From Flavobacteriaceae bacterium (GTDB lineage: Bacteria; Bacteroidota; Bacteroidia; Flavobacteriales; Flavobacteriaceae), in the NCBI GenBank assembly GCA_965224465.1, contig OZ245049.1, forward strand, positions 2,790,001-2,822,000: DNA of 32,000 bases, in the 5' to 3' direction. Under the pieces are notes generated by a model. The model saw only the letters and a program-made list of their open reading frames with translations, was not told the origin of the DNA and ran no database searches. Both the position numbers and the translations under genes were made by a program. Below are positions 22,476-31,046 of this stretch, in pieces. Position 1 is the stretch's first letter. Every line of letters starts with the position of its first letter.

Positions 22476-22581
22476 ACAATGCCATATATAGAGAATTGAA
22501 AATTAAACAGAAAAACACACCGCTTTATGATTGCCATAACGGATATAGAAGTTTTACCAATAATAAAAGAACCAAGGAATA

Positions 22582-23199
22582 ATGGCATATTACAGCAAGA
22601 CAACAGACCGAATGGATATACATATCGAAGAATATAGAGGGACGGTTTTAATCAAGCAAAAATGGAAATATAATTGGCTAAATGCGATAGGAACTTCTTC
22701 TTGGACACATTCTGAAAAACAAAATTTTCATAACAAAGTAGATCGTTTAATTTGGAATAGTTGGGGGAATCATTTTTTTCTAAAAGTTAAAGGAACTTCG
22801 GACTTTGCTATAAAACACAAAACACTTAGATGGGATAATAATTTTGATATCGAATGGACGCTACACCAAGAACATTGGAAAGTTAATGTGACTAAATATC
22901 CTAATAATTACATTGGTAATCCAACAAGTTCTGTTAGCTGGAATGCAAAAGAGATAAAATTAGACACTAAAGACACCGCTCCACGTAAGAGACCAAGCAA
23001 CGGCGTAAATTACTTTCAATACCCTGTATTACAAGAGTTTGGGCATTCTGTTGGGAATTCAATATTTGCAAATTTAGGAATGCATGGAGATGAATATAAA
23101 ACTTCTAGCAGCCACTATGCGGATAGAAATAGACATTTAGATTTCCTATTGAAAGAATTAAACACAATGATTCCAAACACTCAATTTAGTAAATACTAA
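22582..23199 (+). CDS. Toxin B candidate: zincin-like metallopeptidase fold with a degenerate active site (QEFGH...GDEY)
   Basis: 205 aa with no signal peptide and no METRKL tag. QEFGHSVGN (23032-23046) followed by GMHGDEY resembles the HEFGHxxG...DEY metallopeptidase-effector motif, but Gln (CAA) replaces the first zinc-binding His. It is driven by the shared promoter and followed by a lipoprotein gene. Confidence 0.5.
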   Translation: MAYYSKTTDRMDIHIEEYRGTVLIKQKWKYNWLNAIGTSSWTHSEKQNFHNKVDRLIWNSWGNHFFLKVKGTSDFAIKHKTLRWDNNFDIEWTLHQEHWKVNVTKYPNNYIGNPTSSVSWNAKEIKLDTKDTAPRKRPSNGVNYFQYPVLQEFGHSVGNSIFANLGMHGDEYKTSSSHYADRNRHLDFLLKELNTMIPNTQFSKY

Positions 23200-23205
23200 A
23201 AAATT

Positions 23206-23607
23206 ATGAAAACATACACGATAATCCTTTGTTTATTATTACTTAATTGTACTCATACAATTTCAAAAAAAGAAAAAAACAATATAATGGATGCACCAAA
23301 GAAAACAATAATTATGAACAATCGTGATTTCAATGATATCATGAAATTAGAAAAATTAAAGGCCGTTAAAAAATATGGAAAACCACTTAAAGAAGAATCA
23401 CTCAGACTAGAGGATATGCAAGGAGAATTTTGGAATGGAATTCAAGATGTATACATTAGGAAAGATAAATTAAAGAAACCAGTTTTTATTGAAGAATTAA
23501 CTTGGGAAAAAGATTCTGTAAATTACATAACTGTTTGGTATCAAAACGAACAAAAAAAATCCTTACCAAAACACTTCCTAATATGGGATAAAGGAGCTGA
23601 GTTTTAA
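23206..23607 (+). CDS. Putative immunity lipoprotein for toxin B
   Basis: MKTYTIILCLLLLNCTHT is a signal peptide with Cys. 133 aa. It starts 6 nt after the toxin B stop. Confidence 0.55.
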   Translation: MKTYTIILCLLLLNCTHTISKKEKNNIMDAPKKTIIMNNRDFNDIMKLEKLKAVKKYGKPLKEESLRLEDMQGEFWNGIQDVYIRKDKLKKPVFIEELTWEKDSVNYITVWYQNEQKKSLPKHFLIWDKGAEF

Positions 23608-23624
23608 ATACTCTTTGTACTCGA

Positions 23625-23860
23625 GTAGACGGCTCCAACTAATTCAGGTGGTAGAAACCTCTCACACTAGCGTACCTACGAGAGCTCCGTTCGGTCATTT
23701 CTAACTATAACACCAATTAAAATCCAAAATGAGCGATATAAATAGTGTATATCCATTTCGTGCAAGTCTAGATTTGGGCTTGGCTACCACGGTTCTATTT
23801 GTGCCACCGATTATGGTCAACTTGTGCCACTCTAAAAAATCAAATTCAACTATATTGTTG
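23625..23860 (-). mobile_element. Group II intron 3' fragment (divergent subfamily)
   Basis: Shares CGAGTAGACGGCTCCAACTAA...CCTCTCACAC...GAGAGCT(T/C)CG(C/T)TCGGTCATTTCTAA with the other two copies. The minus strand encodes ...FLEWHKLTIIGGTNRTVVAKPKSRLARNGY, an IEP C-terminal-like sequence. The right boundary is approximate. Confidence 0.6.
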
Positions 23861-23877
23861 TCCAAAAAGCAATAGTT

Positions 23878-24228
23878 GCCAACACAAGTTATTTCCTTCC
23901 TTTTCAATAATAGATGCAGATAGCTCAACGTTATGCATAAGCGAATTGTAGTTTTAATCAGTAAAAACAGCTAAAAACAAGTATCTAGTTCTGAATTTTA
24001 TTTTCGAGAAGCATTGTAGGCATAGGTAACGGTTTTTAAGTACCCAAAAAAACAGGGAAATACAATTAAAAAACAATTATCACATATAACTGTTTTTTAT
24101 ATATTTGAAGAACACTTATAGATATAGGCACCTAAACACTAATAACACAATGCTACTACGTGGAAACAAATAGACATGCCCATAGTTAGAGCTATTGTTA
24201 TAGGTGATGGTGAGAAGATAAAAAGACA
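23878..24228 (+). repeat. Cassette leader repeat, copy C (left part replaced by the intron fragment)
   Basis: Near-identical to 27419-27769. Confidence 0.85.
24100..24107 (+). promoter_or_regulatory. -7 promoter box TATATTTG of cassette C
   Basis: Conserved TAnnTTTG box. Confidence 0.5.
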
Positions 24229-24297
24229 ATGGAAACAAGAAAATTAAAAAAAACAGGTTTTAGAATAACATTTGAAGACGGAGAAACGTTAACTAGG

Positions 24298-25422
24298 CTT
24301 AAATTCAACTAATAAACGCAACTTTTCGATTTGATTCTATGATGGTTATATTTTCAAAACAGAAAAGTAGGAAAACCTACCTTTCTTGTCTTGATGGATA
24401 TGTATCTTACGGTCTCAAATCTCGAAAAAAGAAGTTGTATGAAACACATCACCCAAGCGCAAAGATACACAATTTGTTGCATGTTAAAACAAGGTTATAA
24501 ACAGGTTGAGATAGCAGCTGCTATAGGAAAAGACAAGTCTGTTATTAGCAAAGAGATTAAGCGTAATTCAGACAAAAGAAATGGAGTTTACAAGCATGAA
24601 TTAGCCCAAAAAAAGTATGCTAAACGTCATAAAGAAAAGCCTAAAAGAAAACGCTTTACAGAAGATATTCAACAAGCAATAGAGTTGTTATTGCGAGACG
24701 ATTATAGTCCTGAGCAAGTAGTTGGTGTCCTAAAAAAACAAGGTAAAGAAACGGTGTCTATTGAGCGTATATATCAGCATATTAGGGAAGACAAGAGGAA
24801 TGATGGTGATTTACATACACACCTTCGCAGACAGGGAAGGAGATATAGAAAACGTGGCTCATCAAAGGATTCTAGAGGGGTTATAAAGAATCGTATTAGT
24901 ATAGAACAACGCCCTGAAGTTGTTGAACAAAGAAATCGATTTGGAGATTTAGAGGTCGATTTAATCATAGGTAAAAACCATAATCAAGCCATACTTACCG
25001 TAAATGATAGAGCTTCTGGAATGCTTAAAATGAAAAAAGTAAGCTCTAAAGAAGCAGTTGTTGTCACTAAAGCTATCAATGAAATATTAGAAGACTGGAA
25101 GCCTTATCTACATACTATAACAGCTGATAATGGAAAAGAATTTGCAGGCCATGAGCAGGTTGCAGAAAATTTATGTATTGATTACTTTTTTGCGCATCCA
25201 TATCACTCTTGGGAAAGAGGATCTAACGAAAATTTAAATGGTTTGATTAGACAATATTTTGCCAAAGGAAGTGACTTTACAAACCTAACAGATCAAAGAA
25301 TCAAAGAGGTAGAAACAAAATTAAATAACAGACCTAGGAAGAGACATAAATATCAAAACCCTATATTTGTAATGGAACAATTATTATTTAACTAAAAGTT
25401 GCGTTTGTGACTTGAATTCAGC
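24298..25422 (+). mobile_element. IS30-family insertion sequence (1125 bp)
   Basis: Imperfect ~29-bp terminal inverted repeats: CTTAAATTCAACTAATAAACGCAACTTTT at the left, and the reverse complement of AAAAGTTGCGTTTGTGACTTGAATTCAGC at the right. 3-bp direct duplication AGG (24295-97 and 25423-25). Single transposase ORF. The empty site can be reconstructed from the paralogue at 27830-27845. Confidence 0.85.
24439..25395 (+). CDS. IS30-family DDE transposase
   Basis: N-terminal HTH (MKHITQAQRYTICCMLKQGYKQVEIAAAIGKDKSVISKEIKRN). DDE region motifs DLEVDLIIGK, ITADNGKEF and HSWERGSNENLNGLIRQYF are typical of IS30. Confidence 0.85.
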   Translation: MKHITQAQRYTICCMLKQGYKQVEIAAAIGKDKSVISKEIKRNSDKRNGVYKHELAQKKYAKRHKEKPKRKRFTEDIQQAIELLLRDDYSPEQVVGVLKKQGKETVSIERIYQHIREDKRNDGDLHTHLRRQGRRYRKRGSSKDSRGVIKNRISIEQRPEVVEQRNRFGDLEVDLIIGKNHNQAILTVNDRASGMLKMKKVSSKEAVVVTKAINEILEDWKPYLHTITADNGKEFAGHEQVAENLCIDYFFAHPYHSWERGSNENLNGLIRQYFAKGSDFTNLTDQRIKEVETKLNNRPRKRHKYQNPIFVMEQLLFN

Positions 25423-26572
25423 AGGTATTTACAGCCAATTATTGATAAAAAATGCATTATTAGGTTTGAAGCAGATAGTCATGACAGAAAAAATGGACTT
25501 TTTGGTTTCGATGAAATACCATATAATAACAAAGACCCAAAGAAAACAATAAAAAAACTCTCTAAAATATGTTTATCCGACATTAATAAGTTGAAAGATG
25601 AATACACCCCTATTACTGTAGATAAAAAAGAATACTTTGTGCCTTGGGTAAGTATTAGACAAGGTCAAACGATTACTTTAGACTTAGGTACTACAATTAA
25701 AGAAGAAGACGAATACGAGAGTATTGCTTTTGAAGAACACCCCGACTTTACAATAACACCTACAGATAAAAAAGGTAATGAAGTTGATTTAAAAGAAGCA
25801 AAAAAAGTAAAAATAACCTGTAACAACACAAACCAAAATACCGCACAAATAAAAGTACTAGCAGATGGTAAAGAAGCAGGAGCCATAAATTTTTGGTATC
25901 CAAAACCAAAAAAAGTAAAATTAAAATGGGCGATTGCTGAATTTAATGAAGGTGAGTTTGACTATATTAATGATGATTTTATCTCTTCAAAATTACAAGA
26001 ATATTTCAAAAAAGCGTTTAATCCAGCCTTAATTGATATTGTTATTGAAAATAAAAAACCTTATAAAATAAACATACCTAAATTAGAAACAGCAACAAGC
26101 ACCGACGAAAACAAAGACAAAATTATTAAAATGCATATTACTAAAATGCGTAAAAACATGGATGGTACAACAAGAATTATTTCTACAAAATCTGATGAAA
26201 CAAGATTCACAACCAACCTATATCATATTGGTAAGTATAACAATAACTTAATTAATAATGAAACAATTATTATAATTCTAACTAATTTAAAATGTTCTCG
26301 AATTAATAAAGATGGTTTAACAGAGCGTACTAATGGGTTTTCACTAACAGCTCAGGGTATTTCTATAATGGCATTAGGAAATAAGGAAATTTCTCCATCA
26401 GTTGAAATACCACACGAAATAATGCATGCAATCTGCTTAGAACACACTTTTAATATAGATAGCGGGTTTGAAATATTAAGAGGTAAAACAGATAATTATA
26501 TGGATTATGACAACACTAAAAAACACACCTACAAATGGCAATGGGCTAAACTTCATAAATCTAAATATTCAA

Positions 26573-27226
26573 ATGAAATATAAATTAATTTATATACTAT
26601 TAATAAGCTTATCAGCTTGTAGTCTCCCCAGAAAATTCATTAAAAATGATGATATATGTTCTTTTAATGATAAAATAAATCCTAATGACTTTATTTTAGA
26701 CACCTCTTATATTAAATTAATACAAGATGAAAGACTTTATTATGATATTTATAATAACAAAACGAAACGAAAACGTATTATGTATGATGATGATAATGGT
26801 GAATATGTTTTAAATGAAAGAAATAAAAAAAGTAAAATTATAAAATGGCTTAACTATAATGACAGTTTACAATTAACAAAATCTCATTTTAATTATAAAT
26901 TAGATAATTATTTAGATATAGGTGTAAAAAAATATTATGATAAGAAAGGTAATATAATTAAAACTATAGATTACCGCCAAAAAAACAAGTACCCTATTTG
27001 CTATAGAGAAGCATATAGGATCGTTGAAAAATGGAAACCAAAAAGCTATATAATCAATCATCTAGAACGTGATTTTATTGTAGAAGGAAAAGACACTATT
27101 TATACTTGGGATATTCATATAAAAGATCTTGGAACACCTAAACGAAAAAGTTTTTTATACACTATTAATGCTAAGAATGGTAAAAAAATAAAAAAATCAC
27201 AAACGGTTGTAATCTGTAACGATTAA
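26573..27226 (+). CDS. Immunity lipoprotein, paralogue 1 (cognate of the M43-like toxin)
   Basis: MKYKLIYILLISLSACSLPRKF carries a classical LSAC lipobox. The start overlaps the toxin stop (ATGAAATATAA). Three paralogues are present in the window. Confidence 0.7.
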   Translation: MKYKLIYILLISLSACSLPRKFIKNDDICSFNDKINPNDFILDTSYIKLIQDERLYYDIYNNKTKRKRIMYDDDNGEYVLNERNKKSKIIKWLNYNDSLQLTKSHFNYKLDNYLDIGVKKYYDKKGNIIKTIDYRQKNKYPICYREAYRIVEKWKPKSYIINHLERDFIVEGKDTIYTWDIHIKDLGTPKRKSFLYTINAKNGKKIKKSQTVVICND

Positions 27227-27769
27227 TAACTTATTCTAAGTTAATGCAAAGCCCTATTGCCAATAACTAGGAATATTCGTGCCATGCGTAGCGCCCAGCA
27301 TAAATACCTATTGCTGATGGCGTATCAAAAGAGGGCACTTTGGGATTGCGAGTAATTAAGAGGCTAGCGACAGCACTTGTTTTAGATCATTTACTTCTTC
27401 ACTCTTTTGTGTGGATACGCCAACACAAGTTGTCCCCTTCCTTTTCAACAATAGATGCAGATAGCTCAACGTTATGCATAAGCGAATTGTAGTTTTAATC
27501 AGTAAAAACAGCTAAAAACAAGTATCTAGTTCTGAATTTTATTTTCGAGAAGCATTGTAGGCATAGGTAACGGTTTTTAAGTACCCAAAAAAACAGGGAA
27601 ATACAATTAAAAAACAATTATCACATATAACTGTTTTTTATATATTTGAAGAACACTTATAGATATAGGCACCTAAACACTAATAACACAATGCTACTAC
27701 GTGGAAACAAATAGAAATACCCATAGTTAGAGCTATTGTTATAGGTGATGGTGAGAAGATAAAAAGACA
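27227..27769 (+). repeat. Cassette leader repeat, copy D (full length, 543 bp)
   Basis: Reference copy: post-immunity segment, core AATTAAGAGGCTAGCGACA (27354-27372), about 270 nt of conserved non-coding sequence, promoter, and about 120-nt 5' UTR. Confidence 0.85.
27641..27648 (+). promoter_or_regulatory. -7 promoter box TATATTTG of cassette D
   Basis: Conserved TAnnTTTG box. I did not see a clean -33 TTTG. Confidence 0.5.
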
Positions 27770-28996
27770 ATGGAAACAAGAAAATTAAAAAAAACAGGTT
27801 TTAGAATAACATTTGAAGACGGAGAAACGTTAACTAGGTATTTACAGCCAATTATTGATAAAAAATGCATTATTAGGTTTGAAGCAGATAGTCATGACAG
27901 AAAAAATGGACTTTTTGGTTTCGATGAAATACCATATAATAACAAAGACCCAAAGAAAACAATAAAAAAACTCTCTAAAATATGTTTATCCGACATTAAT
28001 AAGTTGAAAGATGAATACACCCCTATTACTGTAGATAAAAAAGAATACTTTGTGCCTTGGGTAAGTATTAGAAAAGGTCAAACGATTACTTTAGACTTAG
28101 ATACTACAATTAAAGAAGAAGACGAATACGAGAGTATTGCTTTTGAAGAACACCCCGACTTTACAATAACACCTACAGATAAAAAAAGTAATGAAGTTGA
28201 TTTAAAAGAAGCAAAAAAAGTAAAAATAACCTGTAAAAACACAAACCAAAATACCGCACAAATAAAAGTACTAGCAGATGGTAAAGAAGCAGGAGCCATA
28301 AATTTTTGGTATCCAAAACCAAAAAAAGTAACGTTAAAATGGGCGATTGCTGAATTTAACAAAAAGGAGTTTGACGATATTAATGATGATTTTATCTCTT
28401 CAAAATTACAAGAATATTTTAAAAAAGCGTTTAATCCAGCCTTAATTGATATTGTTATTGAAAATGAAGACCCTTATGAAATCAATATTCCTATATTAGA
28501 AACGGCAACAAGCACCGACGAAAACAAAGACAAAATTATTAAAATGCATATTACTAAAATGCGTAAAAACATGGATGGTACAACAAGAATTATCTCTACA
28601 AAATCTGATGAAGCAAGATTCACAACCAACCTATATCATATTGGTAAGTATAACAATAACTTAATTAATAATGAAACAATTATTTTAATTCTAACTAATT
28701 TAAAATGTTCTCGAATTAATAAAGATGGTTTAACAGAGCATACTAATGGGTTTTCACTAACAGCTCAGGGTATTTCTATAATGGCATTAGGAAATAAGGA
28801 AATTTCTCCATCAGTTGAAATACCACACGAAATAATGCATGCAATCTGCTTAGAACACACTTTTAATATAGATAGCGGGTTTGAAATATTAAGAGGTAAA
28901 ACAGATAATTATATGGATTATGACAACACTAAAAAACACACCTACAAATGGCAATGGGCTAAACTTCATAAATCTAAATATTCAAATGAAATATAA
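27770..28996 (+). CDS. Toxin D (intact): shared N-terminal tag plus a C-terminal M43/pappalysin-like metzincin metallopeptidase domain
   Basis: 408 aa with no signal peptide. HEIMHAICLEHTF (28826-28858 covers HExxHxxxxxH) followed by NYMDY (Met-turn-like) resembles the M43 signature HExGHxLGLxHTF...N(F/Y)MDY. The N-terminus is METRKLKKTGFRITFEDGETLTRYLQ. Confidence 0.75.
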   Translation: METRKLKKTGFRITFEDGETLTRYLQPIIDKKCIIRFEADSHDRKNGLFGFDEIPYNNKDPKKTIKKLSKICLSDINKLKDEYTPITVDKKEYFVPWVSIRKGQTITLDLDTTIKEEDEYESIAFEEHPDFTITPTDKKSNEVDLKEAKKVKITCKNTNQNTAQIKVLADGKEAGAINFWYPKPKKVTLKWAIAEFNKKEFDDINDDFISSKLQEYFKKAFNPALIDIVIENEDPYEINIPILETATSTDENKDKIIKMHITKMRKNMDGTTRIISTKSDEARFTTNLYHIGKYNNNLINNETIILILTNLKCSRINKDGLTEHTNGFSLTAQGISIMALGNKEISPSVEIPHEIMHAICLEHTFNIDSGFEILRGKTDNYMDYDNTKKHTYKWQWAKLHKSKYSNEI

Positions 28997-29633
28997 ATTA
29001 ATTTATATAGTATTAATAAGCTTATCAGCTTGTAGTCTCCCCAGAAAATTCATTAAAAATGATGATATATGTTCTTTTAATGATAAAATAAATCCTAATG
29101 ATTTTATTTTAGACACCTCATATTATAACATTATAAAAAGAGAACGTCATTTTTATGATATTTATAATAACAAAACGAAACGAAAGCGTATTATGTCTCA
29201 TAATGGTGAATATGTTTTAAATGAAAGAAACAAAAAAACTAAAATTCTAAAATGGCTTACATATAACGATAGTTTACAATTAATAGAATCTCGTTTTGAT
29301 TATATATTAGATAATTATTTAGATATAGGTGTAGAAAATTATTTTGACAACAAAGGTAATATAATTAAAACTATAGATTACCGCCAAAAAAACAAGTACC
29401 CTATATGCTTTAAAGAAGCATATAGGATCGTTGAAAAATGGAAACCAAAAAGCTATATAATCAATCATCTAGAACGTGATTTTATTGTAGAAGGAAAAGA
29501 CACTATTTATACTTGGGATATTCATATAAAAGATCTTGGAACACCTAAACGAAAAAGTTTTTTATACACTATTAATGCTAAGAATGGTAAAAAAATAAAA
29601 AAATCACAAACGGTTGTAATCTGTAACGATTAA
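28986..29633 (+). CDS. Immunity lipoprotein, paralogue 2
   Basis: MKYKLIYIVLISLSAC lipobox. Overlaps the toxin D stop by 11 nt. 215 aa. Confidence 0.7.
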   Translation: MKYKLIYIVLISLSACSLPRKFIKNDDICSFNDKINPNDFILDTSYYNIIKRERHFYDIYNNKTKRKRIMSHNGEYVLNERNKKTKILKWLTYNDSLQLIESRFDYILDNYLDIGVENYFDNKGNIIKTIDYRQKNKYPICFKEAYRIVEKWKPKSYIINHLERDFIVEGKDTIYTWDIHIKDLGTPKRKSFLYTINAKNGKKIKKSQTVVICND

Positions 29634-30089
29634 TAACTTATTCTAAGTAATGCAAAGCCCTATTGCTTATAACTAGGAATATTCGCGCCATGCGTAGCGC
29701 CCTGCAGAAATACCTATTGCTGATGCCGTATCAAAAGAGGGCACTTTGGAATTGCGTGTAATTAAGAGACTAGCGACAGCACTTGTTTTAGATCATTTAC
29801 TTCTTCACTCTTTTGTGTGGATACGCCAACACAAGTTGTCCCCTTCCTTTTCAACAATAGATGCAGATAGCTCAACGTTATGCATAAGCGAATTGTAGTT
29901 TTAATCAGTAAAAACAGCTAAAAACAAGTATCTAGTTCTGAATTTTATTTTCGAGAAGCATTGTAGGCATAGGTAACGGTTTTTAAGTACCCAAAAAAAC
30001 AGGGAAATACAATTAAAAAACAATTGTCGCATATAACTATTTTTTATATATTTGAAGAACATTTATAGATATAGGCACCTAAACACTAA
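29634..30089 (+). repeat. Cassette leader repeat, copy E (truncated inside the 5' UTR)
   Basis: Homologous to 27227-27685. The core is at 29760-29778 (AATTAAGAGACTAGCGACA). Homology to the leader stops at ...AAACACTAA (30089). Confidence 0.85.
30047..30054 (+). promoter_or_regulatory. -7 promoter box TATATTTG of cassette E
   Basis: Conserved TAnnTTTG box, retained upstream of the truncated toxin stub. Confidence 0.5.
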
Positions 30090-30409
30090 CAATTATTTTA
30101 ATTCTAACTAATTTAAAATGTTCTCGAATTAATAAAGATGGTTTAACAGAGCGTACTAATGGGTTTTCACTAACAGCTCAGGGTATTTCTATAATGGCAT
30201 TAGGAAATAAGGAAATTTCTCCATCAGTTGAAATACCACACGAAATAATGCATGCAATCTGCTTAGAACACACTTTTAATATAGATAGTGGGTTTGAAAT
30301 ATTAAAAGGTAAAACAGATAATTATATGGATTATGACAACACTAAAAAACACACCTACAAATGGCAATGGGCTAAACTTCATAAATCTAAATATTCAAAT
30401 GAAATATAA
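30090..30409 (+). pseudogene. Orphan 3' stub of the M43-like toxin gene (last ~106 codons) fused to the leader
   Basis: 30090-30409 aligns with 28677-28996 of toxin D. The HEIMHAICLEH motif is still encoded (30239-30271). The only in-frame ATG is at 30194 (a 71-aa ORF). About 0.9 kb of the 5' coding sequence plus part of the UTR is deleted. Confidence 0.8.
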
Positions 30410-31046
30410 ATTTATTTATATACTCTTAATAAGCTTATCAGCTTGTAGTCTCCCCAGAAAATTCATTAAAAATAATGATATATGTTCTTTTAATGATAAA
30501 ATAAATCCTAATGACTTTATTTTAGACACCTCATATTTTAACATTATAAAAAGAGAACGTCATTTTTATGATATTTATAATAACAAAACGAAACGAAAAC
30601 GTATTATGTCTCATAATGGTGAATATGTTTTAAATGAAAGAAATAAAAAAACTAAAATTATAAAATGGCTTATCTATAATGACAGTTTACAATTAACAAA
30701 ATCTCATTTTAATTATATATTAGATAATTATTTAGATATAGGTGTAAAAAAATATTATGATAAGAAAGGTAATATAATTAAAACTATAGATTACCGCCAA
30801 AAAAACAAGTACCCTATTTGCTATAGAGAAGCATATAGGATCGTTGAAAAATGGAAACCAAAAAGCTATATAATCAATCATCTGGAACGTGATTTTATTG
30901 TAAAAGAAAAAGACACCATTTATACTTGGAATATTCATATAAAAGATCTCGGAACACCTAAACGAAAAAGTTTTTTATACACTATTAATGCTAAGAATGG
31001 TAAAAAAATAAAAAAATCACAAACGGTTGTAATCTGTAACGATTAA
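30399..31046 (+). CDS. Immunity lipoprotein, paralogue 3 (orphan immunity)
   Basis: MKYKFIYILLISLSAC lipobox. Intact 215-aa frame downstream of the toxin stub. Confidence 0.7.
   Translation: MKYKFIYILLISLSACSLPRKFIKNNDICSFNDKINPNDFILDTSYFNIIKRERHFYDIYNNKTKRKRIMSHNGEYVLNERNKKTKIIKWLIYNDSLQLTKSHFNYILDNYLDIGVKKYYDKKGNIIKTIDYRQKNKYPICYREAYRIVEKWKPKSYIINHLERDFIVKEKDTIYTWNIHIKDLGTPKRKSFLYTINAKNGKKIKKSQTVVICND

Larger units (their letters stand above)
24229..26583 (+). pseudogene. Toxin C: M43-like metzincin toxin gene split by an IS30-family insertion after codon 23
   Basis: 24229-24297 encodes METRKLKKTGFRITFEDGETLTR. The frame resumes at 25426 (YLQPIIDKKCIIRFEADSH...) and runs in frame to 26583. 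About 95 percent identical to the intact paralogue at 27770-28996. The HEIMHAICLEH motif is at 26413-26445. Confidence 0.85.

Noticed and set aside
27281-27335. Hairpin CGCCCAGCA...TGCTGATGGCG in the post-immunity segment as a terminator or structured RNA
   Set aside because: Substitutions in copies E and F (CTGCAG, GCCG, GTCC) are not compensatory, and no T-run follows. Support for a conserved structure is weak.
27380-27470. Small antisense ORF inside the leader repeat (MHNVELSASIVEKEGDNLCWRIHTKE)
   Set aside because: Copy B (22200-22290) has no ATG in that frame and a premature stop, so the frame is not conserved across repeat copies.
24229-31046. Regularly spaced repeats that could be mistaken for a CRISPR-like or other short-repeat array
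   Set aside because: The repeat period is about 2.4 kb and consists of whole paralogous gene cassettes plus their leader. There are no short direct repeats with unique spacers anywhere in the window.
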